Of a DNA stretch of 64,000 nucleotides, positions 1 through 9,120 are shown piece by piece (position 1 is the stretch's first letter; each line of letters starts with the position of its first letter). Where the stretch lies: NCBI GenBank assembly GCA_040384445.1, contig JAZKJG010000002.1, positions 90,087 to 154,086 of the forward strand. The letters are read 5' to 3'. The DNA is from Patescibacteria group bacterium (GTDB lineage Bacteria; Patescibacteriota; Minisyncoccia; Phycocordibacterales; CAIZLB01). Position numbers and translations under genes: made by a program. The notes under the pieces are model-generated. The model was not told where the DNA came from. It was given only the letters and a program-made list of their open reading frames with translations, and searched no databases.

Positions 1-1
1 G

Positions 2-1213
2 GATGATTTACCAGTTGTTCGAATCGTAGAAACTCTTTTGAAACACGCTGCTATTCAAGGGGCATCTGATATTCATATTGAACATACAGAAAAAGAAACT
101 CTGGTACGTTATCGAATTGACGGAATGCTTCATGATGCCATGGTGCTTCCTAAAGATGCAGGACCAAGTGTGACTGCTCGTATTAAGGTATTGTCTAGTT
201 TGAAGCTTGATGAAAAAAGACTTCCACAAGATGGGCGATTTAAAGTAGAGTTGAACGGAGAAAAGGTTTCTTTCCGTGTATCTATTCTTCCAACATATTA
301 TGGAGAGAAAGTTGTAATGCGACTTTTGCGAGAGTCTGCATCCGGATTTACATTGGAAGGACTTGGATTTCATGGGCAAGCACTTGAGGATATTCATAAT
401 GCAATGAATTATTCAGAAGGAATGATTTTAACAACAGGTCCTACTGGATCAGGAAAAACTACAACACTGTATACAACGCTCGATATTTTAAATACACCAG
501 ACGTAAACATTTCTACAGTTGAAGATCCTGTTGAATACCAAATGAAAAGAATTAATCAAACTCAGATTCGATCTGATATTGGATTTACATTTGCTTCAGG
601 ACTACGATCACTTCTTCGACAAGATCCGGATATTATCATGGTAGGAGAGATTCGAGATAATGAAACTGCTGCGCTTGCGATCAATGCAGCGCTTACAGGT
701 CACTTAGTGCTTTCAACACTCCACACCAACTCTGCAGCCGGAGCAATTCCTCGACTTATGGATATGAAGTGTGAACCGTTTCTGCTTGTTTCAACTTTGA
801 AAATTGTTGTTGCTCAAAGATTGATTCGAAAGTTGTCTGATACAAAAGAAAAGTATTTTTTAAATGAAGCAGAAATTGCACAGCTTGCAAAGAAGATAGA
901 TCTTGATCGAGTGCTAGGGTTTTTGGTGAATGAGAAAATTGTTGAAGAAAAAACAAAGTGGGAAAAAATTCCGTTTTATAAACCAAAGCCAGTCGATGAT
1001 AAAGATGACGGATATAAAGGGCGAGTGGGAATTCATGAAGCAATGAAGATGTCACCTACAATTAAAGAACTTGTGATTAAGGGAGCAAGTTCTGATGCGA
1101 TTGAAGCTCAGGCTAAAACTGAAGGAATGATGACAATGTTGGAGGACGGGATTTTCCTTGCGGTCCAGGGACTGACGAGTATTGAGGAGGTGCTCCGAGT
1201 GGTGAATGAGTAA
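2..1213 (+). CDS. pilB: Type IV pilus assembly ATPase PilB/GspE family; 5'-partial, the N-terminus lies upstream of the window
   Basis: The ORF runs in from the window edge. Walker A TGPTGSGKTTT, GspE/PilB Asp box and His box (STLHTN) are present. Next gene pilC is downstream. Confidence 0.85.
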   Translation, partial: DDLPVVRIVETLLKHAAIQGASDIHIEHTEKETLVRYRIDGMLHDAMVLPKDAGPSVTARIKVLSSLKLDEKRLPQDGRFKVELNGEKVSFRVSILPTYYGEKVVMRLLRESASGFTLEGLGFHGQALEDIHNAMNYSEGMILTTGPTGSGKTTTLYTTLDILNTPDVNISTVEDPVEYQMKRINQTQIRSDIGFTFASGLRSLLRQDPDIIMVGEIRDNETAALAINAALTGHLVLSTLHTNSAAGAIPRLMDMKCEPFLLVSTLKIVVAQRLIRKLSDTKEKYFLNEAEIAQLAKKIDLDRVLGFLVNEKIVEEKTKWEKIPFYKPKPVDDKDDGYKGRVGIHEAMKMSPTIKELVIKGASSDAIEAQAKTEGMMTMLEDGIFLAVQGLTSIEEVLRVVNE

Positions 1214-1337
1214 AAGGTGTGATATTGTGATTGAGGTTCGTAACTTTTTATTTATGAAAATTATTCGTCAAAGAGAACGTCAGGAAGACTACTGGCGGAA
1301 AGTCGCTTTAATAAAACTCCGGTGGGAATTATCTCGG

Positions 1338-1368
1338 AAACCACATCAGCAATGATGTGGTTTTTTCT
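1338..1368 (+). terminator. Rho-independent terminator after pilB
   Basis: Hairpin CCACATC-agcaat-GATGTGG followed by TTTTTT. Confidence 0.6.
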
Positions 1369-1551
1369 TGTGTTTACAAAAAAGAAAATGGCAGAACGAC
1401 ACTAAATATATGCGAAGCAGCCGGAAAGATGCTCGATACTAAAGTAAGTCATTCTGCCATAATGCTAGGAGTGATTTGCCCCGTTCGTTGGAGTTAGTGT
1501 ATTCAGAAAAAGGTTAATGTCAATTAAATACTTTTATGCTATAAATCCCAT

Positions 1552-2511
1552 ATGAAAATCGCACAGGACAAACCTCTCGATCCGTCATATACGGTTATTC
1601 TTTTCTACAAATACGCTCCAATCACAAACTTGGAAGAATGTATGGCTTGGCAAAGAGAACTTGGAAATACGTTCAGGCTTACTGGGCGTGTTCGTCTTGC
1701 CTCAGAGGGTATTAATGCAACTCTTGAAGGAAAGAACGAAAATATTGCTCTATATATAGAGGAGCTCCGGAAGTTTCCTGGATTTGAAAATATCGAAATC
1801 AAGACAAGTGTTGGAACGGGTTTTGCCTTTATGAAATTGTCAGTAAAAATTGTTCCAGAGATTGTAAAACTTGGACTGGGAAAAGAATATGATATTGACC
1901 CCAATCAAATCACAGGTACACATCTAAAACCTGAAGAACTAAAACATTGGTATGACAACAATGAAGATTTCGTTGTAGTTGATATGAGAAATGATTATGA
2001 GTTTAGAGTAGGACATTTCAAAAATTCAATAAATCCACCAATCACAAACTTTCGGGAAATTGCAGATGTGCTTCCAGATATCATAAAAGAAAATCCTGGA
2101 ATACAAAATAAAAAAGTTATTACAGTATGTACTGGAGGAGTTCGATGTGAAAAAGCTTCAGGGTACCTTAAAACAAAAGGATTTACAGACGTATATCAAC
2201 TTGATGGTGGAATGCATATGTATATGGAAAAATTTCCAGGACAGGATTTTAAAGGTGGGTTGTTTACGTTTGATAACAGAGTGGTGATGGATTTTACAAA
2301 AGATAGAGAGGTGATTGGGAAATGTGATTTATGTTCTAAGGCGACTGAGAGATTTGATAACTGTATAAATGATGAATGTCATATTCATATGGTGGTTTGT
2401 CAGGAGTGTCGAGACGAGAGAGAGTTTGTATGGTGTTCTGATGAATGTAGAGAGACAGGAAGATTGGGGAAGGTTCGGTTTCGAGATATGGATTTAAAAG
2501 TTGTGAACTAA
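1552..2511 (+). CDS. trhO: tRNA uridine(34) hydroxylase TrhO / UPF0176 rhodanese-domain protein
   Basis: N-terminal UPF0176 fold region. Rhodanese domain with the active-site Cys loop (VCTGGVRCE). C-terminal Cys-rich tail. Length ~319 aa typical of YceA/TrhO. Confidence 0.7.
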   Translation: MKIAQDKPLDPSYTVILFYKYAPITNLEECMAWQRELGNTFRLTGRVRLASEGINATLEGKNENIALYIEELRKFPGFENIEIKTSVGTGFAFMKLSVKIVPEIVKLGLGKEYDIDPNQITGTHLKPEELKHWYDNNEDFVVVDMRNDYEFRVGHFKNSINPPITNFREIADVLPDIIKENPGIQNKKVITVCTGGVRCEKASGYLKTKGFTDVYQLDGGMHMYMEKFPGQDFKGGLFTFDNRVVMDFTKDREVIGKCDLCSKATERFDNCINDECHIHMVVCQECRDEREFVWCSDECRETGRLGKVRFRDMDLKVVN

Positions 2512-2582
2512 ATGTTCGCATGGTAAAAGGAATGTAGAAATTCACAGCTCTTTGTGGATATGGGTTTTAACTTAATACCATT

Positions 2583-3032
2583 ATGAAAGAATTCATCTTG
2601 CGATACTTGTGGTTAATGGTTGCCGTACTAAGTGTTTTGGTTACTATTTGGCTTGACCCAACTATGATCCGGTATCACAGAAACACAATAAAACTTTTAC
2701 GTACTCGCGCGCCTAATTTCCTAAGAAAAGTTTGGGGTCTTAAAGAGATTTTGGACTATACAGGAGAAATCACAGAAGGAAGGGTTCAAGAAATGAAACT
2801 GAAGATCAAGCAGCACGTAGAAGAACTTGCTGTAGTTCAAGGAAAGGTGGAGGGGAGGGTTTGTGGGGAAGCTATTACTGCAAAACTGCTTTACCCAAAC
2901 AGATTGTCTATTCAGGTTCGGAACCCAAAAACAAAAAAAGCCGTTGAGGATGCATATCGAGCGATGATGAAGAGGCAGGCTCGAGCTAGAGTAAAACTCT
3001 ATCCGCTTGTACTTGATATCCAGGTTGTGTAA
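2583..3032 (+). CDS. Hypothetical protein with an N-terminal transmembrane segment
   Basis: Long ORF with a strong hydrophobic N-terminus, followed by an intrinsic terminator. No recognisable motif. Confidence 0.5.
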   Translation: MKEFILRYLWLMVAVLSVLVTIWLDPTMIRYHRNTIKLLRTRAPNFLRKVWGLKEILDYTGEITEGRVQEMKLKIKQHVEELAVVQGKVEGRVCGEAITAKLLYPNRLSIQVRNPKTKKAVEDAYRAMMKRQARARVKLYPLVLDIQVV

Positions 3033-3044
3033 TCATTTCAAAAA

Positions 3045-3076
3045 CCCACCCCTCAGCCGAGGCGGTGGGTTTTTTC
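3045..3076 (+). terminator. Rho-independent terminator
   Basis: CCCACCCCTC-agcc-GAGGCGGTGGG hairpin followed by TTTTTT. Confidence 0.7.
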
Positions 3077-3277
3077 ATTCCTAAACCAATTAGCACAATC
3101 CCTCAATCCATGCTATAATACATCCACAAGGGTAATCCCACAGATTTTGAGATTATGTTGTATCACAAAGCGCGTATGACTCTGTACGCTTTAAATACAT
3201 CATATATAGATCCCAAAGTAGTGTTCGAGTCGGGCGACAAGCTCTATATAAAATAAAACAAAGAAAAAATAAGTAAC

Positions 3278-3667
3278 ATGGAAGCAGTAAACAACAAAAA
3301 ATTATACGTAGGAAACCTATCATGGGGAGTAAACGATGAGTCACTTCGAGCAGCATTCTCAGAATGCGGAGAAGTAACATCAGCACAAGTTTCAATCGAC
3401 AGAATGACTGGTCGATCACGAGGGTTTGCTTTCGTAGAATTTGCAAATGAAGCCGATGCAGCAGCAGCTGTACAGCGATGGAATGAGCAAGAGCTTGACG
3501 GACGAGCACTACGAGTTAACATCGCAATGCCTAGAGAAGAAGGTGCACCAAGACGATCATTCGGTGGAAACGCTGGAGGATCACGAGGTGGATTCGGAGC
3601 TCCTAGACGAGATGATAACCGAGGAGGATACGGACGAGACAATGGAGGAAGTAACCGATCTTGGTAA
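3278..3667 (+). CDS. RRM-domain RNA-binding protein with a Gly/Arg-rich C-terminal tail
   Basis: RNP2 (LYVGNL) and RNP1 (RGFAFVEF) motifs. C-terminal RGG/GGY repeats. Confidence 0.85.
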   Translation: MEAVNNKKLYVGNLSWGVNDESLRAAFSECGEVTSAQVSIDRMTGRSRGFAFVEFANEADAAAAVQRWNEQELDGRALRVNIAMPREEGAPRRSFGGNAGGSRGGFGAPRRDDNRGGYGRDNGGSNRSW

Positions 3668-3707
3668 TCTACTCCTAAAGTTTTAGTAAAATAAAATTTT
3701 CAAAAAA

Positions 3708-3734
3708 ATCACAACGCATAGTTGTGGTTTTTTT
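3708..3734 (+). terminator. Rho-independent terminator after the RRM gene
   Basis: CACAAC-gcata-GTTGTG hairpin plus a T7 tract. Confidence 0.6.
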
Positions 3735-3748
3735 GTTATGATATATGT

Positions 3749-4966
3749 ATGCGTTTTTCGTACACTGCAAAAAAACCTGATGGTTCTACATACAAAGATA
3801 CATTTGAAGCAGTAAACAAATCAGAATTGTTTACTGCAATTCATGCGAAGGGGGATATTCTCATTGATCACAAAGAAGCTCCGAAAAGTACGGTGAATGA
3901 ACGCGTTGATAAATTTATGTCAGTGTTCAATCAAATTAAAATGATTGATAAGATTACGTTTGCTCGAAGTCTTGGAAATATGTTGGAAGCAGGACTTTCA
4001 CTGACTCGTGCAATCGCGGTGATGGAAAAACAGACAAAAAAAGTAAAGCTCAAATCTGTATTTGAAACCTTAAACACTGATATTTCATCAGGAAAAACAT
4101 TTCATGAAGCACTTGAGCGTTTCAATACAGTCTTTCCGGCGATCTTTATCTCTATGGTTAGAGCGGGTGAAGAGAGTGGAAACTTGGCAGAAGCTCTAAA
4201 GACGATTGCAATGCAAATGGAAAAAACATATCAGTTGCAGAAGAAAATTAAGGGAGCAATGGTGTATCCTGCGGTTATTTTGAGCGTGATGATTTTGATC
4301 GCAATCATTTTGATGACAACAGTTGTTCCAAAACTAACTCAAACATTTAAAGATGTAGGAACAGAACTACCAACGTCAACCAAGCTTATTATTTGGGTGA
4401 GTGACACAATGAAAAATAATTTCCTCTTATTTGCTCTAGGAATTGGATTGTGTATTTTTGGAATGATTGCATTTCTAAAAACTAAGATAGGAAAGAGGCT
4501 TATAGATCAAGTTTCAACTCGTATTCCAGTAATTGGTTTAATTGTAATGGAATCTAATTCAGCAAAAACAACACGAACTCTTTCGTCGCTTGTTGGATCT
4601 GGAGTAGACCTTTTGCAATCTGTTCATATTACGCAAGAGGTCTTGCAGAACGGTAGATATAAAGCAGTACTACAGGAAACAGAAGAAGCGGTGGAAAAAG
4701 GAAAACCACTTGCACTTGTATTTGCTGCACATGAAGATATTTATCCTCCATTTGTTGGAGAGATGATCAGTGTAGGAGAAGAAACAGGAAAACTCTCAAG
4801 CATGCTTCTTGGAGTTGCTGCGTTTTATGAAAATGAAGTAGAGCAGAAAACAAAAGATCTTTCAACAATTATTGAACCTGTACTTATGGTTGTAATTGGT
4901 GCGGCCGTTGCATTTTTTGCAGTAGCTATGATCACACCTATGTACAGTGTGATGAATAACATATAA
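3749..4966 (+). CDS. pilC: Type IV pilus inner-membrane platform protein PilC/GspF
   Basis: Two GspF-type repeats, three TM segments and conserved GspF-family motifs. Start moved to ATG 3749 because the longer ORF begins with TTG inside the upstream terminator. Confidence 0.85.
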   Translation: MRFSYTAKKPDGSTYKDTFEAVNKSELFTAIHAKGDILIDHKEAPKSTVNERVDKFMSVFNQIKMIDKITFARSLGNMLEAGLSLTRAIAVMEKQTKKVKLKSVFETLNTDISSGKTFHEALERFNTVFPAIFISMVRAGEESGNLAEALKTIAMQMEKTYQLQKKIKGAMVYPAVILSVMILIAIILMTTVVPKLTQTFKDVGTELPTSTKLIIWVSDTMKNNFLLFALGIGLCIFGMIAFLKTKIGKRLIDQVSTRIPVIGLIVMESNSAKTTRTLSSLVGSGVDLLQSVHITQEVLQNGRYKAVLQETEEAVEKGKPLALVFAAHEDIYPPFVGEMISVGEETGKLSSMLLGVAAFYENEVEQKTKDLSTIIEPVLMVVIGAAVAFFAVAMITPMYSVMNNI

Positions 4967-4974
4967 TAATACGT

Positions 4975-5421
4975 ATGAGTACATCTAAAAAAGGATTTAC
5001 ATTATTGGAATTAGTAATTTGTATTGCATTGCTTGTTCTTGTGAGTGGTCTGGTGTACGGCTCATTTGCATCTTTAAATAATAGACAGATTCTAGATACG
5101 GAAATTGGACAAGTAAAATCATATATCCAAAAAGCACGCATGGATTCTTTGAACTCAAAAAACGGAGATTCTCATGGGGTAATTTTTGCTACATCAACAC
5201 TGACTGTGATTGAGGTGCTGGCAACATCGACCTCATACGTTTTTACACTAAACAACAGAGTTCGTTTAGTTAGCTCAACTCTTGGAACTTCAACACTTAC
5301 ATTTGCACGAATATCAGGATTACCAAATGCAACAGGTACACTTACATATACATATTCTGCAGGAAACACTGTTGTGGGAACATCTACAATTACCATTAAT
5401 GGTGCAGGGATAGTACAATAA
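4975..5421 (+). CDS. Type IV prepilin / pseudopilin
   Basis: N-terminal class-III signal KKG|FTLLELVI followed by a hydrophobic helix. Thr/Ser-rich C-terminal domain. Confidence 0.8.
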   Translation: MSTSKKGFTLLELVICIALLVLVSGLVYGSFASLNNRQILDTEIGQVKSYIQKARMDSLNSKNGDSHGVIFATSTLTVIEVLATSTSYVFTLNNRVRLVSSTLGTSTLTFARISGLPNATGTLTYTYSAGNTVVGTSTITINGAGIVQ

Positions 5422-5425
5422 ACAT

Positions 5426-5902
5426 ATGAATAGAAAACGAGGAGTATCAGTGGTTGAAATTTTAATAGCAGCAACAATCATCTCTCTTTCTGTTATTTCT
5501 ATTGCAGTTGCGTATGGAAACTTTGTTTCTCTCTCAACACAAAATACTGCAAAAGTTCAAGCAGCATTTTTACTTGATGAAGGTGTGGAAGCCATAAAAA
5601 CAATGAGAGGGGAAAGTTGGTCAAATCTTGCGAGCACTACCGCGAGTACAACATATTATTTTATCTGGAACACAGACAGATGGCGAGCAACCACAACTCC
5701 TGTAGTTGTAGATACTAAATTCCATCGAACGTTCGTTGTTTCTCCTGTGTACAGAGATGTTGCTACATTTAACATCTTACCTGATACATCAGGAACACTT
5801 GATGCTGGAACAAAATTAGTTGACATAACAGTTGCCTGGGACGAAAAAGGGTCTACTACGACGCGTTCAACATCAATGTATATATTTAATCTATTTGAAT
5901 AA
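5426..5902 (+). CDS. Type IV prepilin-like protein (minor pilin)
   Basis: N-terminal RG|VSVVEILIA prepilin-type motif plus a hydrophobic helix. Confidence 0.65.
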   Translation: MNRKRGVSVVEILIAATIISLSVISIAVAYGNFVSLSTQNTAKVQAAFLLDEGVEAIKTMRGESWSNLASTTASTTYYFIWNTDRWRATTTPVVVDTKFHRTFVVSPVYRDVATFNILPDTSGTLDAGTKLVDITVAWDEKGSTTTRSTSMYIFNLFE

Positions 5903-5903
5903 T

Positions 5904-6422
5904 ATGCCACGCACTCAACATACATTTAAAAAAGGACTGACAATTCTAGAAATAGTTATATATTTGAGCATGCTCTCTGTGCTCTGTGTTGTGGTTATCT
6001 CAAGCCTCATGTCGTTGTTTAAATCCTATAGTGTGATTAAGTTGCATCAAAACATAGAGACATCTGCAATTCAGGTACTAGATAAAATGACTCGTGATAT
6101 TCGAGATTCTGGAGAAGTAGTACTAGGACAAAGTTCATTCGGTGTACCTCAGGGTTCGGTTGCTGTAAATGTTGTGACAAACTCTGTAACAGATACATAT
6201 AGATACTATAGTGAAAACAATATTATTAAACTTTCTAAAAACGATGTGTACTTGGGGAACCTGACTCAAAATGGGGTGTATGTAAATAGTTTTCTTGCAT
6301 ATTATATAAATGGAACATCAACACAAGCTATTAAAATAGAACTGAATTTGCAAGCAACACCTCGATACGGCACATCAACGATCAATAAATATTTCTATAC
6401 TACAGTGCAACTGCGTAACTAA
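5904..6422 (+). CDS. Type IV prepilin-like protein (minor pilin)
   Basis: KKG|LTILEIVIYL N-terminal methylation motif. Start placed at the internal Met immediately after the previous stop. Confidence 0.65.
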   Translation: MPRTQHTFKKGLTILEIVIYLSMLSVLCVVVISSLMSLFKSYSVIKLHQNIETSAIQVLDKMTRDIRDSGEVVLGQSSFGVPQGSVAVNVVTNSVTDTYRYYSENNIIKLSKNDVYLGNLTQNGVYVNSFLAYYINGTSTQAIKIELNLQATPRYGTSTINKYFYTTVQLRN

Positions 6423-6440
6423 TGTCATATAATTAAGAGT

Positions 6441-8213
6441 ATGAAAAACTCTTCTCAAAACAAAGGAGCAGCTGTAATGATTGTTGTTCTGTTCTTTGTT
6501 ATTTTATCTACAACACTCCTAGTTGGAGTGAGTACACCTATCGTTCAACAAATAGAAAACTCAACAGATTTTCTTGCTTCAAAAAAGGGATACAATGTTG
6601 CTGATATACAGGCAGAAAATGCTCTATATAGATTTAACAAAGGAAAAAACGATGCTCCTGCAGATCTTTCTATTCTCGGATCGGAAGCAATAGGGATACT
6701 TACTGATGTAAATGGAGAAAAACAAATTTCAGTTCAGGGAGTATTGGGTGAATTTCAAAGATTCGTAACTGCTCGATTTAGACAAGATACAGGTGTGGCA
6801 TTTAACTATGGTTTGCAAGTGGGAACAGGAGGTCTTCAAATGTCAGGTTCATCATATATCGTCGGGAACGTATACAGTAACGGAGACATTATTGGAAATG
6901 GAGGATCAGGTTGGTATACAACGTACGTTACAGGAAGTGCTGTTGCAGCGACTATATCAAATCCTGTTGCTCATGTTCAAAATGTTGGTTCTGTACCGCC
7001 TTCTGACTCATTTACCTTTGGATTATCAAATTCGAATCAAGATTTTGCACAATCTTTTGTTATGAGTACAACAACACCTATTACAGAAATTGAGTTATTC
7101 CTTAAAAAAACAGGATCACCAGCAAATGCAACAGTAAAAATTGTAAACAACTCAGGTGGGGTACCTGGAAGCACTGTGCTAACGTCAGGAACACTCAGTT
7201 CGGGGCTGGTTACAACTTTATACTCTCAAGTTCCAGCAACAATGACTACAAGTGTTGCACTTGTATCAGGGACTACGTACTGGCTAGTGGTGGATGTTGC
7301 TTCAAATAACTCATCTAACTACTATACAGTTGGTATGAATAATAATGTGTTCTCTGGAAATACAAAAATGGGTCGTCAAGGGAATTCATGGGCAAACTTA
7401 GCAACAACAACACTAGACGCTGACTTTAAAATCCTTGTAGGGGGAGATGCTGGAACGATCACTGATATGGGGGTTGGAACAAGTGGCTCAGGGGATGCAT
7501 GGGCAAATACAGTGAACAATGTAACTGTTACAGGGGCATTATTCTGTCAGTCAGGAACAGGTAATAATAAAGTATGTGACACATCAAAAACAGATCCTGC
7601 CCCAGTACCTCTACCTATTACACAGGGAAATATTGATGAATGGAAAGATGAGGCTTTAGCGGGAGGTTCTACAAGTACGGTGTCTATTAATGGTACAGAC
7701 GTTATAACCATAGGTCCTAAAAAAATTAATGGAGATTTGACAATAAGTGCCTCAGGCAAGTTATATGTTACTGGTACATTGCATGTGACTGGAGATATTA
7801 ATGTAAATGGATCAGGTAAAATATACGTTGATAGTAGTATGGGTGCAGATAGTGTTGTGATTGTAACTGATGGAAAGATTGACCTAGGTGGATCTGGAGG
7901 TGTGTACGGTTCAGGTGTTGCAGGGAGTTATGTTGTGATGTCTACTTCAAGTGCTTGTCCAGATGCTGTTGGATGTGGAGGGACTCCTGCTATATCTGTA
8001 AATGGAGCTGCAGGATCAGTTATATTAAGTGCACCAAATGGAACAGTTTCTTTTACAGGTTCAGCTGGAGTTAAGTCTGTTGTGGCAAAAAAGATGATTA
8101 TGACTGGAACAACATATATTACATATGACACAGGATTAACTGGACTCGATTTTACTTCAGGACCATCTGGAGCGTGGGCAGTCAGTTCATGGAAAGAAGT
8201 GCTTGGTTTGTAG
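6441..8213 (+). CDS. Large pilus-associated protein, possibly a PilX/PilY-like tip or minor pilin
   Basis: N-terminal hydrophobic pilin-like segment (GAAVMIVVLFFVILSTTLLVG). Thr/Ser/Gly-rich beta-rich body of 590 aa. Located directly after three prepilins. Confidence 0.55.
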   Translation: MKNSSQNKGAAVMIVVLFFVILSTTLLVGVSTPIVQQIENSTDFLASKKGYNVADIQAENALYRFNKGKNDAPADLSILGSEAIGILTDVNGEKQISVQGVLGEFQRFVTARFRQDTGVAFNYGLQVGTGGLQMSGSSYIVGNVYSNGDIIGNGGSGWYTTYVTGSAVAATISNPVAHVQNVGSVPPSDSFTFGLSNSNQDFAQSFVMSTTTPITEIELFLKKTGSPANATVKIVNNSGGVPGSTVLTSGTLSSGLVTTLYSQVPATMTTSVALVSGTTYWLVVDVASNNSSNYYTVGMNNNVFSGNTKMGRQGNSWANLATTTLDADFKILVGGDAGTITDMGVGTSGSGDAWANTVNNVTVTGALFCQSGTGNNKVCDTSKTDPAPVPLPITQGNIDEWKDEALAGGSTSTVSINGTDVITIGPKKINGDLTISASGKLYVTGTLHVTGDINVNGSGKIYVDSSMGADSVVIVTDGKIDLGGSGGVYGSGVAGSYVVMSTSSACPDAVGCGGTPAISVNGAAGSVILSAPNGTVSFTGSAGVKSVVAKKMIMTGTTYITYDTGLTGLDFTSGPSGAWAVSSWKEVLGL

Positions 8214-8226
8214 TATACTAGTACGC

Positions 8227-9120
8227 ATGTCGAGTAAACCATCAAAACCAATACTTATTGCCAACTGGAAAGCAAGTACACTGTCATACAAAGAGGCACA
8301 AGATAAGATAAAAAATATTTATGCTGAGCTACAAAAAGATGTAACTAAAGTTGAGTTGCATATTGCACCTACAATATCTCAAACAGGAATGTTGTCACAG
8401 TATTTTGGTGGTAAAATCGAATTTGTAAAGAAAACTAAAAAGAAAAAAACTAAAACAAAAAACAAAAAAGAGGTTTTACCAAAGGTGACATTTGCGGCAC
8501 AAGATATATCTATCTTTGAAGGTGGATCAAAAACAGGGGAGGTGCCTGTCACAGCGGTAAAAGATGCCGGAGTAGTAGAAGTAATTATTGGACATTCAGA
8601 ATGTCGAGAACGAGGTGATACATCTGAGATGATTGTGACAAAAGTTAAACTTGCTCTTGCTGCAAAGTTGAATGTGGTGTTATGTATTGGAGAAAAACAA
8701 AGAGATTCTGGTGTGGCATATTTGAAAATAATTGATGAGCAGATTACGTCTGTATTTAATGCTGTAGATAAAAAAGATCACGGGTACATCACACTTGCGT
8801 ACGAACCTGTGTGGGCAATCAATAACAAAGATAATATTTCTCTTGATGCGCACGGATTGCACAGTATGGTTGTATATATTCAAAAAATGCTTCTTGAAAA
8901 ATATGGTGAAGCGACCGCTAAACAAACTAAAATTTTATACGGAGGATCGGTAACTGCTCAAAATGCACAAGACATCTATTGGAATGGAGAGGTACAAGGG
9001 TTACTTATTGGACGAGCAAGTTTCGAGGCAAAAACTCTTGTAGCTATAGCAAAAGAAATACTTATTAATCCTAAAAAAAATATTCTAAAAACCTATGGAA
9101 CAAAAAAAGAGCTTAACTAG
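8227..9120 (+). CDS. tpiA: Triosephosphate isomerase
   Basis: TIM motifs ANWK, IGHSECR, CIGE, YEPVWAI and YGGSV. Contains a Lys-rich insertion (KKTKKKKTKTKNKKE). Confidence 0.85.
   Translation: MSSKPSKPILIANWKASTLSYKEAQDKIKNIYAELQKDVTKVELHIAPTISQTGMLSQYFGGKIEFVKKTKKKKTKTKNKKEVLPKVTFAAQDISIFEGGSKTGEVPVTAVKDAGVVEVIIGHSECRERGDTSEMIVTKVKLALAAKLNVVLCIGEKQRDSGVAYLKIIDEQITSVFNAVDKKDHGYITLAYEPVWAINNKDNISLDAHGLHSMVVYIQKMLLEKYGEATAKQTKILYGGSVTAQNAQDIYWNGEVQGLLIGRASFEAKTLVAIAKEILINPKKNILKTYGTKKELN

Noticed and set aside
8-397. 129-aa ORF on the minus strand at the window start
   Set aside because: Entirely antisense to the well-supported pilB ATPase ORF. No motif. Typical shadow ORF.
3244-3642. 132-aa minus-strand ORF rich in Pro/Arg/Gly
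   Set aside because: Antisense to the RGG-repeat region of the RRM gene. Its low-complexity composition mirrors the sense-strand repeats.
3441-3686. 81-aa plus-strand ORF in an alternative frame
   Set aside because: Overlaps the RRM protein CDS out of frame. No independent support.
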